A DNA stretch of 64,000 nucleotides from an uncultured Christensenella sp. (GCA_964426415.1 CAYRQM010000005.1:265-64264), one strand, 5' to 3'; shown: positions 17,057 through 25,492, numbered from the stretch's first letter. Numbers and translations: made by a program. The notes: generated from the letters alone by a model not told the origin.

Positions 17057-18862
17057 TCAGTTGAGCAGCGCGTGTTGGCTGTTGTAGATTTCGGCATAGA
17101 AGCCGTTTCTGTCCAGCAACTCTTGGTGCGCGCCCTGTTCGACGATCTGCCCGTTGTTGACCACCAGAATCTCGTCGGCGTCCACGATGGTGGACAGGCG
17201 GTGCGCGATGACGAAGCTGGTGCGCGTTTTCATCAGATCGTCCATCGTGCGCTGAATGAGAATCTCGGTGCGGGTATCCACGTTGCTGGTCGCCTCGTCC
17301 AAGATGAGGATGGGACGGTTGGCAAGGTATGCCCGCGCAATGGTCAGCAGCTGCTTTTGTCCGCCGCTGATGTTGGTGGTTTCCTCGTTGATGACGGTTT
17401 GATAGCCGTCGGGCAGCGAGCGAATAAAGCGATCGATGTGGGCGCGGCGCGCCGCGTCGTAGACTTCCTCGGCGGTGGCGTTTTGGTTGCCGTAGGCGAT
17501 GTTGTCGTAGATCGTGCCCGAAAACAGCCAAGTGTCCTGCAGCACCATGGAGAACACGGAGCGCAAGTCTGCCCGCGACATGTTGGCGATGTCCTTGCCA
17601 TCCACCGTGATTCTGCCGCTTTGGATGTCGTAGAAGCGCATCAGAAGGTTGACGATGGTGGTTTTTCCGCCGCCCGTCGGCCCCACGATGGCGACCTTCT
17701 CCCCCGCGTGGGCGACCAAATTGAGGTCGCGGATCAGCGGTTCGTTGGGATCGTAGGAGAAGCAGACATGCTCGAACGTCACATTGCCTTCGCCCTTGGG
17801 CGCAGACTCCGTGGTGGTTTCCTGCATTTCGGGTTCGTCCATCATCTTGTACACGCGGTTTGCCGACGCGACGGTATTTTGTATCATGGACATGCCCTGC
17901 GCGATGCTTTCCAGCGGCCCCGCGAACATGCGGGCGTACAGGATGAACGCGACGATGGTGCCCACGCTCATGCCATACAAGCCCTTTGCCACGAACAACC
18001 CGCCCAAGATGCAGATGACGATGTAGGCGATGTTGTTGGACAGCGCCACGATGGGCTGGACGATGCCGGAAAGGAACACGCCGCGTTCCAGCTTCTCCGC
18101 CTGTTGTTTGCAAAGCGTCTCCTGCTCGCCGCATTGCCGTTCCTCCAGATGGAACGCCTTAACGGTATCGAAGCCCGAGAAGGATTCCTCGGTCAGCGCG
18201 TACAGCTCGCCGTTGACCTTGCGCGCTTCGCCGAAGTACTTTTCGCTCTTGCCCGCAATGACCGCCGACAGAATCAGCGAAAGCGGCACGAAGACGACCA
18301 CGGCGGTGGCAAGGATGGGATTGAGCAGGTAAATCAACACGGTGATGCCGATGAGCTTGATGCACCCCTCGATGAGAATGTTGAGGAAGTTGTGCACGGT
18401 GTTGCCCAGCACGGAAACGTCGTCCGTCATGTTGGAGATGATTTCGCCGTTGGGCGTCGCGTCGACGAATCGAACGGGCACGCGGCGAATCTTGTCGCTC
18501 ATGCGGATGCGCAGCGCGCAGGTGTAGTGGCGGGAAACGACGTTGTTCATGATGAGCATCGTGCCCATGCTTGCAAGGCACGAGCCGCCGTATACCACCG
18601 CCAGCCAAATGCTGCCCTGTGCGAACGCGGCGCCGTCAAATATGGCGTTACCCGCGCCCGCAGTGTTCGTTTCCCAAAAGACGTAGATTTCGTTGCACAG
18701 GTTGGACAGCAGATCGGGCGCAATCAGCGACAGCACAACGGAGGCAAGGCTTACAAATGCGGACAGCACAAGCCAGCCCGCGATGGGTTTCGTATCGCCG
18801 AGCAAGCGCTTGATGACGCGCCAGCCGCCCGTTTTTTTATCGGTTTGATTCGTGTGCTTCAC
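17057..18862 (-). CDS. heterodimeric ABC exporter subunit (TMD-NBD), canonical ATP site
   Basis: Walker A GPTGGGKTT, signature ISGGQKQL, Walker B ILILDEATSNVD. It overlaps the partner gene by 26 nt. Confidence 0.9.
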   Translation of the reverse strand: MKHTNQTDKKTGGWRVIKRLLGDTKPIAGWLVLSAFVSLASVVLSLIAPDLLSNLCNEIYVFWETNTAGAGNAIFDGAAFAQGSIWLAVVYGGSCLASMGTMLIMNNVVSRHYTCALRIRMSDKIRRVPVRFVDATPNGEIISNMTDDVSVLGNTVHNFLNILIEGCIKLIGITVLIYLLNPILATAVVVFVPLSLILSAVIAGKSEKYFGEARKVNGELYALTEESFSGFDTVKAFHLEERQCGEQETLCKQQAEKLERGVFLSGIVQPIVALSNNIAYIVICILGGLFVAKGLYGMSVGTIVAFILYARMFAGPLESIAQGMSMIQNTVASANRVYKMMDEPEMQETTTESAPKGEGNVTFEHVCFSYDPNEPLIRDLNLVAHAGEKVAIVGPTGGGKTTIVNLLMRFYDIQSGRITVDGKDIANMSRADLRSVFSMVLQDTWLFSGTIYDNIAYGNQNATAEEVYDAARRAHIDRFIRSLPDGYQTVINEETTNISGGQKQLLTIARAYLANRPILILDEATSNVDTRTEILIQRTMDDLMKTRTSFVIAHRLSTIVDADEILVVNNGQIVEQGAHQELLDRNGFYAEIYNSQHALLN

Positions 18863-20585
18863 GATTGCCTCCCAACTGCGAGTTGACGATCTCGCGGTAG
18901 ACCTTGCAGCTCTCCATCAGCGCGTCATGGGCGCCGCTGCCCACGATGCGGCCCTGTTCCAAAACATAGATGCGGTCGCAGCGCATGGCGGTGGCGGCCC
19001 GCTGGGTGATGATGAGCTGGGTTTTGCCCTTCAGATGTTGATTCAGCCCTCTGCGCAGCTTGCTTTCGGTGAGGTAGTCCAGTGCCGAAAAGCTGTCGTC
19101 AAAGATGTAAACCTGTGCCGGCTTGAGGATGGTGCGGGCGATGTTGATGCGCTGCTTCTGCCCGCCGCTGAGGTTGGCGCCCGCCTGCGAGAGCTTGTAA
19201 TCCAGCCCTTCGGGGTGGGATTCCACATAGCTTTCCATTTGGCTCAAGCGTACCGCCTCTTGGATGCGCGCTTCGGATGCGTCCTTGTCGCCCATGCGCA
19301 CGTTGTCGCGGATCGTGCCCGCAAACACCATGCTCTTTTGGAGCGCCACGGAAAGGTTGTTGCGCACCGTGGTGCGGCCAAGCGCCGCATACGGCTTGCC
19401 CGACAGGGAAATCGACCCTTGGGTGGGCGCGTAGAAGCACAGCAGCAGCTTGAGCAGCGTGCTCTTGCCGCTGCCCGTACCGCCAATGACGGCGACGGAT
19501 TCGCCCGCCGCAATCTGCATGTCGATGTCGGTGAGCGTTTCCAATTCGCTGTCGGGGTAGGCGAAGCTGACGTGATCGAACGTGATGCTGCCCTCCGTCA
19601 CCGTCTCCATGGCAGGCTGTTCGGCAATGCCTTTGAGGTTGAGCACCTCTGCCACACGGTTGATGCACACCTTGAGATGCGGCATCAGGATGAACGTCCA
19701 CGACAGCACCAAAAGCCCGTTGAGAATCAGCGCCACATATTGCACGGTGGCGATGATGCGGCCCGCTGTCAGCCCGTTTGCCACAAGCGTCGGATTTTGG
19801 ATGCGGATTGCGCCGATGCAAAGCATGACGATGGTGGCAAGATTGAGCAGCAGCATGCAGACGGGCGTCAACAGGTTGGCGCGCACGTTTGCCTTGATGA
19901 TGTTTTCCGCCATGCGGTTGGTGGCGGTTTCGATGCGGCCGTGCTCAAACGCTTCTTTGTCGAACGCACGAATGACCCGCAATCCCGAAAGCCGTTCCCG
20001 CATCAGACGGTTCTGCTCGTCGATGTACTTGTCAGAATTCTCCCACAGCACGCCCACCTTGCGGGCAACGAGCCATGTGAGAAGCAGCACCAGCGGCGCG
20101 GAAAGCAGGAACACCAGCGCCAGCACCCAATCGCTCAAAAAGGCAAAGACGCACCCGCCGAAAAACAGCACGGGAACGGTCATCACCGCGTACACCACCA
20201 TGCTTGCCGAATCGCCCAGCATCATGACGTCGTGGGTGGAACGAGTGAGCAGGCTGGAGGTGCCGACCTTGGAAAATTCCTCAAACGACAGCGTGGTCGT
20301 CTTGCGGAAGATGGCGCGGCGCAGATCGGCGGTGAAATTGGAGCTGACGTCCGCATTGACGCGGGTGGTCAAAACGGCGCACGCCGTGGAGAGCAGCGCA
20401 AGCCCCAGCATCCATGCGCCCGTCGTCCAGATGAGGGTCATGTCTGCGTTCGGGATGCCCTCGTCCACGATACGGCTCATCAGATACGGCAAAAAGACGC
20501 TCGTCAACGTGGAGATAAAATAGAGAAGCGCCGTAATGAGCAGCTTGGTTCGATATGGTTTTAAGTAAGGAAGTAATGATTTCAT
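18837..20585 (-). CDS. heterodimeric ABC exporter subunit (TMD-NBD), degenerate ATP site
   Basis: MKSLLPYLKPYRTKLL..., Walker A GGTGSGKST, signature LSGGQKQR, Walker B VYIFDDSFSALD. The start is set at 20585. In-frame ATGs at 20594 and 20621 lie within or upstream of the predicted promoter. Confidence 0.85.
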   Translation of the reverse strand: MKSLLPYLKPYRTKLLITALLYFISTLTSVFLPYLMSRIVDEGIPNADMTLIWTTGAWMLGLALLSTACAVLTTRVNADVSSNFTADLRRAIFRKTTTLSFEEFSKVGTSSLLTRSTHDVMMLGDSASMVVYAVMTVPVLFFGGCVFAFLSDWVLALVFLLSAPLVLLLTWLVARKVGVLWENSDKYIDEQNRLMRERLSGLRVIRAFDKEAFEHGRIETATNRMAENIIKANVRANLLTPVCMLLLNLATIVMLCIGAIRIQNPTLVANGLTAGRIIATVQYVALILNGLLVLSWTFILMPHLKVCINRVAEVLNLKGIAEQPAMETVTEGSITFDHVSFAYPDSELETLTDIDMQIAAGESVAVIGGTGSGKSTLLKLLLCFYAPTQGSISLSGKPYAALGRTTVRNNLSVALQKSMVFAGTIRDNVRMGDKDASEARIQEAVRLSQMESYVESHPEGLDYKLSQAGANLSGGQKQRINIARTILKPAQVYIFDDSFSALDYLTESKLRRGLNQHLKGKTQLIITQRAATAMRCDRIYVLEQGRIVGSGAHDALMESCKVYREIVNSQLGGNREAHESNR

Positions 20586-20592
20586 AGATAGC

Positions 20593-20621
20593 ATGATAAC
20601 AGAATGCTTCCCGCTCGGCAA
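20593..20621 (-). promoter_or_regulatory. sigma-A promoter abutting the ABC exporter start codon
   Basis: Minus strand reads TTGCCG (20616-20621), 17-nt spacer, TGtTATCAT (-10 at 20593-20598). Only 7 nt separate the -10 from the ATG at 20585, and there is no SD. Confidence 0.5.
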
Positions 20622-20640
20622 GCAACTGCAGGTTGAGTCA

Positions 20641-20658
20641 GTAAAGAAAGTTCTTTAC
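20641..20658. promoter_or_regulatory. perfect inverted repeat, candidate operator
   Basis: GTAAAGAA-AG-TTCTTTAC. It lies about 20 nt upstream of the -35 of the exporter promoter. A 2-nt spacer is too short for an RNA hairpin loop. Confidence 0.35.
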
Positions 20659-20707
20659 CAACGGTTGAATTTGTGCGATACGATGGCGAGGCGGCGTGAG
20701 GCAAGCG

Positions 20708-21223
20708 TCATTTCAGAAACACCGCGCTGTACCAGTTTTGTTCGTCCGTTTCGGGATCGAACAGCGCGGACAGCGGGAGTCCGAGACGATGCACCGTTTC
20801 AAAGACGTCGATGCCCACGGAATGGAACGCGGGACGCGCTTGTCTTTGGAAGCGGCACGGTTCACCGGAGACGGCGGCACAGGTGGCGCACAAGGCGCAG
20901 TCGGACAAGGAAAACGCGAAGTACAGCCCATCGTGGAATGCACGGCGTTCGATCTCGAAGGAGATGCGCTGGGACAGCGCCTTGTCGTGGGTGTGAATGA
21001 CGACGCCCTGTTCATACCGTGAAAACATCTCGCGGTATTCCGCCATGGAGGGAGAGCCGACGCGGCTGGGACAGGTGTGATTCTTGCCCCAATCGGTGCA
21101 TCCGTACATACATTTGAGCAGCGTGCGGCTGTCGAAACAGATGTCGGAAATGGAGAACGGAACGGCGTCCGCCGCGCCCATCTCCCTTGCCAGCGTACAG
21201 TAGCGATCGGATAGGATTTGCAT
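20708..21223 (-). CDS. DUF2284-like Cys-rich metal-binding protein
   Basis: MQILSDRYCTL... with CMYGCTDWGKNHTCP and CALCATCAAVSGEPC clusters. The ATG at 21223 has GGAGGA upstream. Confidence 0.7.
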   Translation of the reverse strand: MQILSDRYCTLAREMGAADAVPFSISDICFDSRTLLKCMYGCTDWGKNHTCPSRVGSPSMAEYREMFSRYEQGVVIHTHDKALSQRISFEIERRAFHDGLYFAFSLSDCALCATCAAVSGEPCRFQRQARPAFHSVGIDVFETVHRLGLPLSALFDPETDEQNWYSAVFLK

Positions 21224-21450
21224 GCGACGTCCTCCGTTTCTTCTCAAGTTCCCTTATTATACGCGTCGAAGGCGCCGCCGTCAAGATTTTTCGCCGTCGA
21301 ACGCCCGATACGCCTGTTTTTGTCACATCCAAATGCATCAAAAACGCGATTTCGTCCCATAGTAAAGGGGAAATGCGAAGTGTTGGCGCAGTTTTGCCGC
21401 GTGAATTGTGAAAAATCAGCGAAATCGACGACATTTCTTGCAATTTGTGA

Positions 21451-21480
21451 TTGACGAAATGCAAGGTAGCATGGTACTAT
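21451..21480 (+). promoter_or_regulatory. sigma-A promoter of the XRE regulator gene
   Basis: TTGACG 21451-21456, 18-nt spacer, TGgTACTAT with the -10 at 21475-21480. Confidence 0.55.
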
Positions 21481-21498
21481 ATTGCGGAGGTGAGACAA

Positions 21499-21876
21499 AT
21501 GGAAGAATTAACAAAACTGATCAAAACGGAAATTAAAAAGCAATTCCGCAGCGTGCGCCAGTTCTCGATGTACATTGGCGTTCCCCAATCCACAATCGTG
21601 ACCGCTCTGCAAAAGGGCATTGGTGGCACCTCGTTTGAGACCATCATGAACATCTGCAAAGTGTTGGACATCAAGCCCGTGATCGGCGATACTATCGTGT
21701 ATCTCGACCACGACAAGCGCGAGCTGCTCGACCGCTTTGCACGTTTGGACAGCGCAGGCAAGTGCGCCGTTCGTGCCGTCACAGGTTTGGAACTGATGCG
21801 TGTTTCCCAGCCGGAAGCCTACGCGGATCTGTCCAAAAAGCTGGTTGACGCCGAGCAGGGCGACATCATCGACTGA
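21499..21876 (+). CDS. XRE-family helix-turn-helix transcriptional regulator
   Basis: MEELTKLIKTEIKKQFRSVRQFSMYIGVPQSTIVTALQKG... The ATG at 21499 is 6 nt after GGAGGTG. Confidence 0.8.
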   Translation: MEELTKLIKTEIKKQFRSVRQFSMYIGVPQSTIVTALQKGIGGTSFETIMNICKVLDIKPVIGDTIVYLDHDKRELLDRFARLDSAGKCAVRAVTGLELMRVSQPEAYADLSKKLVDAEQGDIID

Positions 21877-21921
21877 ACGCTTTCGAAGCTCGCATCTTCG
21901 AAAGGCGCAAAATCAAACGAT

Positions 21922-21958
21922 ACGGTGTAACGAATTTCGTTGCACCGTTTCTTTTTTT
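21922..21958 (+). terminator. rho-independent terminator
   Basis: ACGGTGTAACGA-att-TCGTTGCACCGT followed by TTCTTTTTTT. Confidence 0.8.
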
Positions 21959-22040
21959 GCCTTCATTTTGGCAATCCGCGATTGTCACGGGGCGCAAGAG
22001 ATGATAGAATCAAAGAATCAAGTGGGTTTCGAAAAATGAT

Positions 22041-22066
22041 TGAAACCTTTTTGCACTTTTCTCGAC
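22041..22066 (+). promoter_or_regulatory. ECF-type (group IV sigma) promoter, probably autoregulatory
   Basis: TGAAAC (22041-22046), 16-nt spacer, CGAC (22063-22066). It lies 7 nt upstream of the sigma gene ATG. Confidence 0.55.
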
Positions 22067-22073
22067 TTATTGC

Positions 22074-22652
22074 ATGAGGGACAAAAACGTGGAGTGGAAT
22101 TTGGACGACCGACAAATTGTGGAGCTATACTGGGCGCGGGCGGATACGGCGATTGCCGCAACGAACCGCAAGTATGGGACGATGCTGAAAAGCATTTCCT
22201 ATTCTTTGGTATCGTCCCACGAGGACGCGGAAGAATGTGTCAACGACACCTATCTTGCTGCATGGAATCGCATGCCGACGGATCGGCCGACGTATCTGGG
22301 TGCGTTCCTTGCCAAGATTGTGCGCAGGCTTTCCATCGATCGGTTTCGCGCCGCCCATCGTCAAAAGCGTGGGATGCATCCGATCGTTGAAGAGCTGACC
22401 GACTGCATTCCCTCGCGTGAAAATGTCGAAGCAGCCTATGAAAACGGGCTGCTGACCGAAGCGATCAATCGCTTTTTGTACAGTCTGGACGATGAGAAGC
22501 GCGCCATCTTTACGCGCCGCTACTTCTACTCTCACCCCCTCTCCCGCATCGCCGCAGATTTGAACATGAGCGAAGGCAAGGTCAAAAGCGTCCTATTCCG
22601 TCTGCGCATCGCCCTCAAAGAACGGCTGGAAACGGAGGATTTGCTGCAATGA
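22074..22652 (+). CDS. ECF-type sigma-70 family RNA polymerase sigma factor
   Basis: Region 2 (DAEECVNDTYLAAWNRMP) and region 4 HTH (IAADLNMSEGKVKSVLFRLR). The start could instead be the GTG at 22089, which lies 8 nt after GAGGGA. Confidence 0.85.
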   Translation: MRDKNVEWNLDDRQIVELYWARADTAIAATNRKYGTMLKSISYSLVSSHEDAEECVNDTYLAAWNRMPTDRPTYLGAFLAKIVRRLSIDRFRAAHRQKRGMHPIVEELTDCIPSRENVEAAYENGLLTEAINRFLYSLDDEKRAIFTRRYFYSHPLSRIAADLNMSEGKVKSVLFRLRIALKERLETEDLLQ

Positions 22653-23272
22653 ACGACAAGAACGCACGCGCCGAAGCCCTATTCGACGCACTTGGCGACA
22701 TCGACGATCAGATCCTCGTTTCCGCCTACGCCTATCGCCCCGCCCGCACAAAGCGTCGGGTTGTTCCCGCCCTCTTGGCTGCCTGCTTTGGCGGCTTGCT
22801 GACGCTGACGCTGCTGCTCGTTGCATCGGTACAGCTTTTCAACCGTTCATCGTCAAAGGATGCGGCGCAGCAAGCGGAAGGCGCTCCCGCCGACCCGCTG
22901 ATGACGGTGCTGGAGGACGCGGCAAACGACGCCGCCGTCCAAACCGTTGCATCCGCCGACGCCATCGACCTGTTCGACGGCGAAGCCAAGCTGATTTGGC
23001 AGTCGTCCGACGGCGCGTACCATGTGCTGCCCCTCAGCGCGGCTTCGTGCGCTTCCTTGGAACGGCAGATGGGCAGCGGCGACAGCCTTCCGTCCGACGA
23101 CGACGCAGTCTGCTCCGTTTGGCTGGCAAACGGCGACGGCACCACCGTCTCCCCGTATCTGAACCGTTCCGACGGCAACGTGGGCTACGGCGCGCTCTTG
23201 GAGTACGCGCCCGAAATCGTGCCGTCCGACGCGTTCGCTTCTCATGTACAGGAAATTCTCTCTTCCACTTGA
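22649..23272 (+). CDS. single-pass membrane protein, anti-sigma factor candidate
   Basis: ATGA overlap with the sigma gene. It has a short cytoplasmic N-terminus, one TM helix (VVPALLAACFGGLLTLTLLLVASVQLF) and an extracytoplasmic domain. There is no zinc-binding HxxxCxxC motif. Confidence 0.6.
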   Translation: MNDKNARAEALFDALGDIDDQILVSAYAYRPARTKRRVVPALLAACFGGLLTLTLLLVASVQLFNRSSSKDAAQQAEGAPADPLMTVLEDAANDAAVQTVASADAIDLFDGEAKLIWQSSDGAYHVLPLSAASCASLERQMGSGDSLPSDDDAVCSVWLANGDGTTVSPYLNRSDGNVGYGALLEYAPEIVPSDAFASHVQEILSST

Positions 23273-23283
23273 AAGGAGCCGTT

Positions 23284-24810
23284 ATGAAAAAATTATTCGC
23301 CCTTTGCTTGGCGCTTTGCCTTGCCCTGTCTGTGTTTGCCTGCGCCGCACGCGAGCCGCAGCAGGACGCCAATTCCTATCAAACCAATGCGCCCATGCCC
23401 GCACCCGATGCGGCTGCGCCCAATTACGACTTCACCGAGGAGCCGGCATCCGATTGGCCCGAAGCCGCCGCCCCGTCGGAAAACGCGTTCATTTCCACAC
23501 GGGAGCAGGCAATCTCCACCTTCTCCGCAGATGTGGATACGGCGTCGTACACCTATTGGCGCAAGCTGGTCAACCAAGGCTATTCCTTGAAGTCGCTAAT
23601 TGCCACGGCGGGCAGCGCGATTCGCACCGAAGAATTTGTCAACTATTTCGATTATGACTATGTGCAGCCCAATGCGGGCGAACTGTTTGGCGTGCATGTG
23701 GAGATGGCGCAATGCCCTTGGAACGAAAGCGCCGTGCTGATGGTGCTGGGGCTGCAAACCGAAGCCATACAGCCCACGACGGGCAACAATTTGGTCTTCC
23801 TCATCGACGTGTCCGGCTCTATGGCTGCCGCCGACAAGCTGGTGCTTTTGAAGGAGTCGTTCTCGTATCTGACCGAACAGCTGACCGAAAACGACGTCAT
23901 TTCCATTGTGACGTATTCGGGCAGAGAGGCGGTCGAGCTGGACGGCTGTGCGGGCAGCGACACGGAGCAGATTTTGCGCTGCATCAACCGCCTGAGCGCC
24001 AACGGTTCGACCAACGGGCAGGCGGGGCTTTCCATGGCGTATCAAATTGCCGAAAAGCACTTCATCCAAGGCGGCAACAACCGCATCATCCTGGCGTCGG
24101 ACGGCGACTTGAATGTGGGCATCACCTCGGACGCGGCGCTTGAGCAGTATGTTTCCGAGATGCGCGGCGAAGGCGTGTACCTTTCGGTGCTGGGCTTTGG
24201 CACGGGCAATTACCGCGACAGCAAGATGGAAACCATCGCGGACAACGGCAACGGCGTATACTACTACATCGACAGCATCCGCGAAGCGCAAAAGGTGTTT
24301 GGCAAAGACCTGTTGGCGACGCTGTACACCGTGGCGGAGGACGTCAAGCTGCAGTTGACTTTTGACCCCGAACAGGTGGCAGAATACCGTCTGATCGGGT
24401 ACGAAAATCGGCTGCTTGCCACCGAGGACTTCTTGGATGACACCAAGGACGCGGGCGAAGTGGGCGCAGGCCACACCGTGACCGTCTGCTATGAGCTGCA
24501 GCTCACCCCCGACGCGCTGCTGTCCGAAGCGGACTGGATGACGCTTGCCATCCGCTACAAGCAGCCCGGCGAAACCATGAGCTTGGAGAACGATTACACC
24601 ATCGGCGGCGCATCGTATACCCGTGAACCCGACCGCGATTTCGCCTTCGTCTCCGCATTGATCGAGCTGTCCATGCTGCTGCGGGAAAGCGCGTATGGCG
24701 AAAAGCTGACCATGGAGGACGTTTGGGCGCAGCTCGCACCGTTCGATTACAGCGACGATGTGTACAAAGCCGAATTCCTCTCCCTGCTGGATCAGCTGAC
24801 GCGGGCGTAG
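23284..24810 (+). CDS. von Willebrand factor type A lipoprotein (YfbK-like)
   Basis: MKKLFALCLALCLALSVFAC lipobox after AAAGGAG. MIDAS motif in FLIDVSGSM. The vWA core is followed by a YfbK-type C-domain (...VAEYRLIGYENRLLATEDF...). The upstream ORF extension to 22996 overlaps the previous gene. Confidence 0.85.
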   Translation: MKKLFALCLALCLALSVFACAAREPQQDANSYQTNAPMPAPDAAAPNYDFTEEPASDWPEAAAPSENAFISTREQAISTFSADVDTASYTYWRKLVNQGYSLKSLIATAGSAIRTEEFVNYFDYDYVQPNAGELFGVHVEMAQCPWNESAVLMVLGLQTEAIQPTTGNNLVFLIDVSGSMAAADKLVLLKESFSYLTEQLTENDVISIVTYSGREAVELDGCAGSDTEQILRCINRLSANGSTNGQAGLSMAYQIAEKHFIQGGNNRIILASDGDLNVGITSDAALEQYVSEMRGEGVYLSVLGFGTGNYRDSKMETIADNGNGVYYYIDSIREAQKVFGKDLLATLYTVAEDVKLQLTFDPEQVAEYRLIGYENRLLATEDFLDDTKDAGEVGAGHTVTVCYELQLTPDALLSEADWMTLAIRYKQPGETMSLENDYTIGGASYTREPDRDFAFVSALIELSMLLRESAYGEKLTMEDVWAQLAPFDYSDDVYKAEFLSLLDQLTRA

Positions 24811-24954
24811 TCGTCGGCGCGGACTGCGCTTTACTCACGGTGGATTCTGCGGAATCCGCCGTTCGCTGCTCCGTCGCGCCTCCTCTCCGCAAAAGGTCAC
24901 GCGCTCGCTTCGGCTGTTCGGTTGTAAACAGCCTCACGACGCCTACGCGGCGCT

Positions 24955-25155
24955 ACCAACCTTTTGCGGGAACACCCGTGTACACGATTTGAGGGAAAGG
25001 CACGTCGCGGCGCCGCCAACCTTTTGCGGGAACACCCGTGTACACGTTATTTCGGGGAAGGAACATTAAATCGCGCCCTCTGTCATCCTGAGGCAAAGCC
25101 TTTGGATCTCGCGCTTACACGGGAGATTCTTCGGCGCTTCGTGCCTCGGAATGAC
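24955..25155 (+). repeat. mosaic intergenic repeat, copy A
   Basis: The box CCAACCTTTTGCGGGAACACCCGTGTACACG occurs twice, exactly 60 bp apart (24955 and 25015). It is followed by the hairpin module GTCATCCTGAGGC...GCCTCGGAATGAC at 25082-25155. Confidence 0.85.
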
Positions 25156-25408
25156 CGCGGGGGAACAGCGGGCGCATCATATCCGTCCCTACAGAATGAC
25201 CGTGCGGGGCGGGAAGCACGCGATTTGTTGCCATTTGCATCGGGAAACCCGTGTACAAGCCTTGCGAAAGAGAAATGCAGCAAACGCTGCCATTTTGCAA
25301 GGGGGAGCGTGTGCGCGTCCGCCACATTCCATGCCACGACATTCAGAAAATGCGAGCAGCTATGCGCGCATGTCTCCTCCGCCTTCGTGACAGCAGGCAC
25401 AAAATCAC

Positions 25409-25437
25409 TTGTCACGCCCCGAAAGTCATGGTACAAT
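25409..25437 (+). promoter_or_regulatory. sigma-A promoter of the membrane protein gene
   Basis: TTGTCA 25409-25414, 17-nt spacer, TGgTACAAT with the -10 at 25432-25437. Confidence 0.6.
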
Positions 25438-25492
25438 GAAGCAACGGATGGGGTGCGCCCTGCCGCCAAACGATTGGAAAGGGATCGCTGTC

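Noticed and set aside
20641-20658. GTAAAGAA-AG-TTCTTTAC as a transcription terminator for the DUF2284 gene
   Set aside because: A 2-nt loop is sterically impossible for an RNA hairpin, and there is no U-tract. It is kept as a candidate protein-binding site instead.
24955-25046. Possible CRISPR array (60-bp-spaced identical boxes), and the octamer array at 34584-34634
   Set aside because: There are only two box copies and the sequence between them is itself related, so this is a tandem duplication. The octamer units are contiguous with no spacers. There are no cas genes in the window.
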